Source of the DNA: Octopus sinensis
Taxonomy: Eukaryota
Direction of reading: 5' to 3'
Assembly (NCBI RefSeq): GCF_006345805.1
Contig: NC_042997.1
Span: 57,908,001 to 57,972,000, forward strand
DNA length: 64,000 nucleotides
Positions within the stretch are counted from its first letter, which is position 1. Every line of letters starts with the position of its first letter. Position numbers and translations under genes: made by a program. The notes under the pieces are model-generated. The model made no database searches. It saw nothing but the letters and a program-made list of their open reading frames with translations, and had not been told where the DNA came from. Positions 54,995-64,000 of the stretch are shown piece by piece.

Positions 54995-55816
54995 TTATAC
55001 TGAAAGCAGGAATTATGAAAATTATGTGTTTATTGGTAAAGGGTAAAGGCAATGACTTACAGATACCCTGAAGAATTATTGATTTTAAAATCAATACCAT
55101 AAATCTAAGGAACAAAAAGGAGTGCTCTTGCTGTGGGGTGGGGATCAATCCATACATGGATTTGTTGGACAGTATGAATCTCAGTAGATTTTGATAATGT
55201 GTATTCTAGTTGTTCAACTTACTAAACCTATTTGTTATTGTGAATTTTCATTGTGACCATGGTTGAAGATTACAAAGTTTCTCCACAATTTATGATTTTC
55301 CATTGTTCATGGCAACTGCCCCTTATTGAGTTTTGTATCATCTAAGAGTCCACCAATGAATGTTCCAAGTAGGTCTTTCTCTACTGTATCTCTTGTAAGC
55401 TGTTTCCCACAATAATGGCTTGTGTATAACTTACTGCTAACATCTCTGCAAAGTACTGCAAATTGATGAATGTTCAAGCAGGTCTTCCTCTACTGTAACT
55501 ACCAAAGTTGGTTCCCACAACAGTTGCTTGTATATATAACTTCCTGCTTACTTCTCCAGCAATATCCTGCAAATCATAACTGCCTTTGAACAACTGTTGT
55601 TATCTTGGGCAAGTTTCCATATAAACTTTCATTTGTAATAGGTTGATGTCAGTTTATGTTTTGTGCAACCCTAAGCATTTTAGTGTATGCATCATCAAGT
55701 TTCTTTTCAAGTGCTTGTGTCTAGGTCCATGTACTGATACACACACATATATATATCTATACATTTATATATATATATACACACATATATATGTATATAT
55801 ACATACACACACATAT

Positions 55817-55885
<69 letters not shown>

Positions 55886-57120
55886 GAAAACTAGACAAGA
55901 AGTGGCAATGAACTCATAAAAAGCCAAAAATCCATAAAGTTACAGGTTTTTTTAGCTTAATTATTGTTAAATGAATATTCTAAGGAAATTAAAAGAAATT
56001 ATATATTAGGATTATGTATGAAATATAATACAAATAGTGAAATATATTCAAGATCCATACAGATCAAAGGAAGGAAAACAAATGTACTTGCTTGGGTCAA
56101 TTCATACATGAATCTATTGGAACTGATACTAACAAAGAAACCAAGAACATTAACACAAACCTCAACTACTACAGAGGATTGGATTGATCTCTTGGCATAA
56201 TGCCTGGTTTAAGAATTCATAGGATATGTAATATGTGAACCATTTCCTTCAAACAATGCCTCTGTTTTCTAATGCACTGCAGCTGTTTCTTTTGTCAAAT
56301 TGCAGAAAATGTTGAAGTTAATTTATATGTTTTCTTCTGCTGTATCAGTAATATAATGCATTTGAAGGTATTGAAAATACACATCCAAATGTTATGTAGG
56401 ACAGGCTCTTATTTGTCAGCAAGGGGAAGCTGAAGGAGAGCCTAGTATACAGGCAGATAAGCATTATGTCCTAAGGCCCGTTCATACTAAACCATAACTT
56501 CTGTTGATATCTTAAATTGCATTTTTTATAGAAAACAGACTCTATAGAGTTGAAACAGCAGATTAACACTGCATTAATATGCACTTCAGTAAAATGAGTG
56601 AGACCTGTTTATGCCTATATTTTGTATGATTTTCTTAATGATGAATCAGACAGTTGAATGATATTCTACCTAGTCATAACTTGTTTATGGAACGATGAAA
56701 TAGTGAATATGAGCACTGATTAAGTGCCAAGTGTTAAGAGTAGAAATTTAACTGGAAAATATATGTTCAATTCTTGGGTCAGTCAAATAATAAATAAAAA
56801 AAATGAACAAGTGACACTCCATGTAGGAGCATAACTGATAGCTGAATATCTGTGGTGTAGACAATAGATTGAGAACACCCTACTCCATGTATCTTATAAA
56901 GGGTTTGGTTTAAAATTCTGAGAACATTACTGAATGTGACAGATATTTGATGGAGACCTAAGACTGAAGCATTGTGGTTAAAACAACCAAAATGGGGACA
57001 TTAACATAAATATATCATTGTATAATATTGATAATGGCTTGTCTTGGAAGTCCAGATGAGATTATTACTATGTAATTGACAGACATAAACACTTCATCTC
57101 TTTATACCATGTTTCTGCAG

Positions 57121-57250
57121 ACAGATAAAGTGGGATTAGCTAAAATATTTGTTAGATCTGTTAGGATTTCATCAATGACTGAAGAGTCTCTTGAACTGTT
57201 CACAAGGACATTATTTACTAAGAATTTAGCTAAATTAGATAGACCAATTT
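57121..57250 (+). CDS. Candidate 130-nt internal exon of an unidentified gene
   Basis: Pyrimidine-rich acceptor ...gtttctgcAG and donor T|GTATGT; the only open frame is TDKVGLAKIFVRSVRISSMTEESLELFTRTLFTKNLAKLDRPI. The antisense frame is also open, so the strand is not certain. Confidence 0.45.
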
Positions 57251-59685
57251 GTATGTTATAATGTGTCCTTGGCTACTATATTATGATTAATAAAATACTG
57301 GTGCATTAACAGTATTTTGCTATGATATTTTATTGAACTACAGAGTATAGCACTATGTTATTGACAGAAGTAAATCTTGTCTCTATATACATGATCTTGA
57401 AACTCATGTTTCTCTATCTTTATACACCAACAGATAAGCTGATTATCTATAACAACATCAGTGTAATGAGAATATCCACAAAATAAACTAGTGATATAAT
57501 TTGTCTACAGACAGTTATGTAGGTGAAGGTATATTTGGTTCACTAACTTAATCTAAGTAGTAACCTGTAAAATTGTTCACAACATTGAACTGAGTCATCA
57601 GAAATCTTTCTGACCAGATGCAAAGCACAGCGCTTCAATGATATTACAATAACAATGCTGTCACAGACCAGGTAGATACAGTGTGTAGAAGTTGACCGAA
57701 TATGTTAACGTATTAACAATAAAATACAAAATATATTGTTTTAAAGCCTAGTTCTTTAAGAAAGCCAGGGCACCAAATAGATACCAAAGGCTCAATTGTT
57801 CATATCTTCATTCTGGCCCACTCCACCAAGGTCTTATGACTAACGAGACTCTAGAAGTGAGCATTTTGTTGACTTAAGGTATCTGGCACTCCGTTGATTA
57901 TGACACTGAGGGTTCCAGTTGATCCGATCAATGGAACAACCTACTCATGAAAATAACATGCAAGTGGCTGAGCACTCTACAGACATGTGTACTCTTAACG
58001 TAGTTCTCAAGATTCAGTGTGACACAGAATGTGACGAGGCTGGCCCTTTGAAATATAGGTACTACTCATTTTTGCCAGCCGATTGGACTGGAGCAATGTG
58101 TAATAAAGTGTCTTGCTCAAGGACAACACACCACTAAGACTTGAACTCACAACCTTACAATCATGATCCGAATACACTAACTACTAAGCCAAGTCCCTTC
58201 ACTTAAGGTACTGAGCTAAAATTTCTCCTTGATTCTAAGGTGCTCAAAGAAAGGCTGAGATTGTGTCTTGGGAGCAAGGTGTTTTGGGATAATTATCCAC
58301 CAAAGAATATATTACTATAACATTGCTTGATAGACAATGATTGTTATAATTTTAATTCTTTTATAAATATAAAAGCTGGTAAAGAGATCAGGTAAGTCTT
58401 TTGTTACCTGGACCTTTAACAACTTTCAATTCCCAATTGTGACAATTAGGTCAAATCAACTAAGGAATATTGGATTGTATTACGTTTTGCTATCAGTAGA
58501 TCTATCGACCGTGTCAAGCTTTATTGATTTCTAAAGCTATAAACAATTGAAATTTGCGGTTCTCTGCACCAATTATCAATCAATCTACGTTAGTAAGTTT
58601 TCTCTCCTTTAAGTTTAGCAGTCAATGATACTGTAACGGAAAAATTGTTAATGAGAAAGGGAAAGTATGAGGAGAATCAGAGAAAGAGGGAAGATAAAAG
58701 AGAACACTGTTGAAAGGGGAATGGGAAATTAGATAAAGAAAGAGTAAAAGAGAACGCGAAAGAGGCTAAAATCTATATTGATTTTTTACTTCTTTAAACG
58801 CCGTTCGAAACCGTCGTTTCCGTAAATGCAAAAGCGATCTGAACGGAATTTCTGCAGAATTCCGACTCTGGCTCCAGCTAATCAATACAGAATAGAAAGA
58901 CCGAGGTAGAAGAATGCGTTAGTCTGAGTAAAATTACATCTTGTCCAAGTTTGCAACAATTGGTGTCTTAAGTATAAAATGGAGTTTTCTTTTTAATTTT
59001 ATTCCATGTAAATACGTATAATCTGAAAACTGAGAAGCCAAACAAGCTGATTTGCGAACGTATTTCGTCGGAAAGTGTGAGGATGGATGCAGAAAGAAAA
59101 GGTTGTTTCAATCAGTTCTTGAGCGAGCGTCGAGAGCTGGGTGTATGAAAACATCAGTTGTGCGAATCATGAAGATCTGGCAAGCTTCCTCTAGTTAGAA
59201 CGAAGAATATATTCGAGTTATTATTTTTTTTTTTTAATTAATAAATTGTAAATATACAGACGATCATGGGGAAAAAACGTGAATTGAAGAAGAAACACTT
59301 TCCCACCCTCTTGATATACTGCAATTTGATTGGATACCGCACTCCACTCATCTCTCTGTTCCACCCACCTACTTCTTTTATTCTCTATGCTATATTCCTT
59401 CTCCTTTTATACAATCGTATCGCCACTATACATACTTACAGAAGTCGCCTTTTGAGTACCGCTTCTGACCCAACCCCCTCTGCTCTACTTAAACACAAAC
59501 CACCTCCACGACAATCCCACCATCTGATCCACCGTTGCCCGCCCCACCAGCCTCGTCTCCACAGCGTAACGATACATATTACCTCTTCTCCGTCGCCACC
59601 GCAGTTCCCACTGTTAGCCACGAATGCTTCCCCCACTTTCGCCACAGTCTTTCGACGCCACCACTTTTATGCTTCAAGTCAGAGA

Positions 59686-59710
59686 TGACGTTATAGAGCG
59701 AACGTCACGT
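59686..59710. promoter_or_regulatory. Paired CRE/ATF-like sites upstream of USP exon B
   Basis: TGACGTTA (59686) and ACGTCACGT (59702) in CpG-retaining sequence, about 200 bp before the ATG. Confidence 0.4.
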
Positions 59711-59909
59711 AGACACACTCATCTGCTCAGCCTAGGAGGGTGACGGAAAGCAACGCAAACACGGTTCACTAAAAAAAAACACAAAAAACTCCTCCTGTCA
59801 GGTGTCACTGAAGGAATTTTGTCATTCTCGGAGGAGATAAAAAAAATCACATTAAAGAGAGAGGGAGAAAAACTTCCGAGGACATAAAACAGACGCTCTA
59901 ACTAGCAAA

Positions 59910-59973
59910 ATGTCAGAAAGAAAAATCCTGGTCGCTTTAGACGGCAGTGAACATGCCGAGTATTGTTTACAAT
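59910..59973 (+). CDS. Universal stress protein (USP/UspA-like) coding exon 1, copy B
   Basis: MSERKILVALDGSEHAEYCLQ + T|GTAAGT; same motif and same phase-1 intron position as copy A. Confidence 0.9.
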
Positions 59974-60254
59974 GTAAGTTTACAATTAACAACACTTATA
60001 ATTAATTTTATTTATTTATCATATTTGCCATCTATATAACCTACGATATTGCTCTGAATTATCAGTTTCAGCGTCTGTGGGTGCGAATCGATGAAAATTG
60101 TCTTGGGATCGACTTCGCTTTCCTCCTAGGGTTTCGATGAAATGAATATCACAATTATATACTCCTATGCATGTTTGCATGCACACAAGCATACATGCAT
60201 ACGTTTGTATGTACGTACATACATACAGTATGTATGTGTAAATCTCTCTCTCTC

Positions 60255-60296
60255 ATCTATCTATCTATCTATCTGTCTATCTATCTATATACCTGG

Positions 60297-60371
<75 letters not shown>

Positions 60372-60396
60372 CCTGGCTATCTATCTATATACCTGG

Positions 60397-60443
<47 letters not shown>

Positions 60444-60468
60444 CCTGGCTATCTATCTATATACCTGG

Positions 60469-60527
<59 letters not shown>

Positions 60528-60552
60528 CCTGGCTATCTATCTATCTACCTGG

Positions 60553-60622
<70 letters not shown>

Positions 60623-60624
60623 GG

Positions 60625-60706
<82 letters not shown>

Positions 60707-60750
60707 GTCTGTCTGTCTGTCTGTCAATCTATCTACCTATCTATCTATGC
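60255..60750. repeat. (TCTA)n array punctuated by recurring (TAC)CTGGCTA units
   Basis: Directly visible; source of the YLSI ORFs. Confidence 0.97.
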
Positions 60751-61594
60751 ATACACGCTTATTCCTCTACAAAATTTGTAATTCTATCTAATCAAAGTAA
60801 AACCGTTTTCCTTTCTCATAATATATAGAATATAAAGATGCTTCAGTATCAGAGAGAAATGTGTTGGGACTTTGGTTTTAATATCCCCAGGATCGATAAA
60901 ATAAATTTCTGTAATAAACATGTAGGTTATATCGATTATACATACAACCTCCTCTTAAAGAAAAAAAAAAAGGCGTCGTGTACTTGTAGAAATCGTTATT
61001 ATTGCTTCCTATTGTTTAACTCGAAGTTAATCTGATCGAGCGGATATGCCATTGTATGTGATTGAGAGTGATTTGGCTACAATTTCTAGCTAGGCCAGCG
61101 ATAACGTAGTATACACTCCTTCATTGAACTGCCATTATTACTCTTTTATTCCGCCGAGGTCGACTTTGCCTTTCATTCCTTCGGGGACAATAAATTAGGT
61201 ACCAGTTGAGTACTAGGGTCGATCTATTCCCCTCCACCAAATTTCAGGCCTTGTGCCTATAATAGAAAGGGTTATTGCTCTTTTATTTCGGTGCATGGTT
61301 TTAAATATTTAGCGACGTGCATGTCTAATTGCTATCGTTGTGTAATGGACGAGGTAGACACTTAAGTTGGATGCTTTGCAGTAATCTAAGCCGGTGTCTA
61401 ACCGTTTTCAGCATGGATTAGAAATCAATAACATGAATACCAGTCATACTCTAAGGAAAAATTATCGACTACACCCCTCTCGCGGGCAGGCGTTGTGGCA
61501 AGTCCAATTAAGCTTCGATCGAGAACGCGGACACTCACACACACACGCACGCACATATATACATACATGCATGCATACATATACAGACTTACGA

Positions 61595-61626
<32 letters not shown>

Positions 61627-63417
61627 GCGATCGAAATCGTCTTTTAAAATGTATGGAAAAGATTCTTGTTATATAGCTCCAGCTCAGCACTTAACTCTCT
61701 TTTCATCAAAGCCATTTCAATTATAACTATCCGGGTTTTTTTTTCAACGATAATGTATTTTTAGATTATATATTATGCAATGTGTTTAAGACAGCAGAGT
61801 GTGGTTTGAGGGGAGGACCATGTGAAAGCTTACCCGTCAGTTTCAAATGACATTCATAAGAAAGTTGACATTGCTTTATTTCAATCAATTCACAAGTGTT
61901 AATTTATTGCCCCACTTACATCGTTGATGTGTTTTGGGAAAGGAATGAACCCCATAACTTTCACTCATTAGATGTATGTCGACGAAAACCATCATGTGCC
62001 ATTTATTTCCTTACAAGAACATTTTAATAATTTTCTTTTGATTTTTCTGCAAAATATTTTCAGTATTCCATGACTTCTTTATTGAGATGTAACAAATGTC
62101 ACAATTCGTTTTTTCCTTTTTTTTCCTTCTCTCAAAAACAAAGCTTGGGTATCAGGATTACATGTCTGTAATTCGCTTCTATACTTAGTTGCATTGGTTT
62201 GAATTTCTGCTTTATATGTTCAATCTAACTGCATTTGGGCTTGGCCTCAAAATAGTTTGTTACTATATCTAGCGTCCTCTATTTATAAGGTTTGTCTGCT
62301 ATTTACATTGCAACGCTAAATGCGTTTCTGTCTTTATTTATTTATTCCTGTGCATTGTCAAATCCAAAGATTTTATGACTGTCAAGAAGTCCTAGTGGTG
62401 ACATCAAAGGCTTTTTTTATATACATAAATGATTTATTTTATATACATACATGCAAACACTCACGCACACACCTATTTATTATTCATGGAATGGACATTA
62501 TCTGATGATATTAAATGTTGCAAAATTGGATTGCTTTACCTCTAAAATAGCTCTGAAGCTTATGGCTTATTTTCTCAAATAAGTATGGTCTGCACTGTGT
62601 AATTTAAACATTTTGGAAATATTTTCGAATAATAGTTTCCTCTACTTTAATACAGTGGTTATCAAACTGACAAGTCCTAGTTTCTCTCACCACCCACCCA
62701 CACACACAAAAAAGTGAAAATTTTTGCCCTTCCCATCTGTACTATAATGTATTTATTAATGGGAAGACGAGTTAAAATTGCATTCCATACAATTCTTTCG
62801 CCGTGTTGTTGGACAAGTTTAAAGTTTTAAAGTATTTTGGTGTTTGATAAAATACGGCCATTTGTCTACTTTTCAATCCTCGCAGGTCTCACCCTATGAA
62901 AAACGATGCTTTTATAGACCTTAACTATCATTCAGTTGCTCGCATGAAGCACAATCTTCAACTCTTTCGAACATACCATTATGGCTATTCTTTGGGTGAA
63001 GTTATTTCGTCACGCCGAAATATCAATGAAAATTCCAATAAGTTGCGGAAATCAGCCGTAATAATGCATTTCAGAATGAAATCAAAGTGTTTTATACTAT
63101 AATGTTATTGGTATTGAATGGTTGATATAACTCTATTACTGCAATATAGAAAAGATAGGATACCAAAGATAACAACAATATATTAATTATGATAGCCCTT
63201 TAATTCCCTAACTACCATAAGAAATAAAGACTTCTTTCGGCCTTTTGGTATTAACTTGTAGATAAAGCTCATTATTTCAAAGGTAGGTGAAGTACAAGTT
63301 TGAATTAGACAGCAAAGTATACTGAGAAATATCACACGTTTCAATTGCAACGTTAATAAAAGAAAGGTTTGTATAAATGCCTTGTAAAAATTCTTATGCA
63401 TATTGTAGGAATAACTC

Positions 63418-63660
63418 CTTTCTACTATAGGCACAAGGCTTGAAATTTTATTGGAAGGGGCAAGTCAATTATATCAACCCCAGTACTCAACTGGTACTTA
63501 ATTTATCGACCCCGAAAAGATGAAAGGCAAAGTCCGCCGATGTCGACTTTGCCTTTCATCCTTTCGGGGTCGATAAATTAAGTACCAGTTGCGTACTGGT
63601 TCGACCTAATCGACTATCCCCCTCTCCCAAAATTTCGGGCCTTGTACCTAGAGTAGAAAA
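63418..63660. mobile_element. Head-to-head fusion of two SINE 3' halves forming a fold-back
   Basis: ...ggtacttaatttatcgaccccgaaaagatgaaaggcaaagtc-cgccgatgtc-gactttgcctttcatcctttcggggtcgataaattaagtacc...; arms ~115 bp. Confidence 0.9.
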
Positions 63661-64000
63661 GAATATTGTAAAAATAACGTGCATGAAGTTTCCTTTTAGT
63701 GTCATATGTAGTGAGAGTGCATTATGTTGCTAAGATAAACAGCAAAATAAAAGGCAACAAAACAGCACGTGGTACAGACAGCAGGTAGTAAATTAGATAC
63801 AACAAATTGATTTCCCGTTCAGCCTAAATGTGACGTGTTATTTTTAAGTGAAGACTAACTTAAATGAGAATTCTGTACAAAAAAAAAGTTAGGTTGATTT
63901 GTATGGTACTAAAGCTTTCCAAGGAAAAAGACGATGTAACAACTTAAGTTCTATTTATGCAATCAAAAATAATTGAAAAATACTTGTTCCTTCTGTGTCC

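Noticed and set aside
58409-58460. Minus-strand segment with good splice sites
   Set aside because: Stops in all three frames; at most a UTR exon, with no supporting evidence.

Overview
AT-rich eukaryotic genomic DNA, inferred to be an octopus (coleoid cephalopod) from its SINE and RTE-LINE families and a GC-rich 18S fragment; no database search was possible. Most of the window is repeats: Tc1 and mariner relics, two Helitron 3' ends, two decayed RTE LINEs, CR1 and Tx1 fragments, several MITE/fold-back elements, many tRNA-derived SINEs and long microsatellites. Nearly all ORFs in the supplied track are microsatellite or transposon artefacts. The clearest host coding sequences are two paralogous first exons of universal stress protein (USP) genes on the + strand (20433 and 59910). 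I could not find the matching USP exons 2-4 between them. Weaker candidates are a minus-strand terminal exon at 10.4-10.6 kb, a small three-exon minus-strand gene at 34-38 kb and scattered plus-strand exons at 47-57 kb. The most interesting non-coding signals are hammerhead-ribozyme-like cores, a ~48-bp-arm hairpin that covers a 5' splice site, a SINE fold-back inside the second USP intron, an 18S rDNA fragment, an inverted 530-bp satellite array and a CpG-decay footprint readable from SINE copies. Repeat boundaries were read by eye and are approximate unless TIR/TSD or splice sites are quoted.
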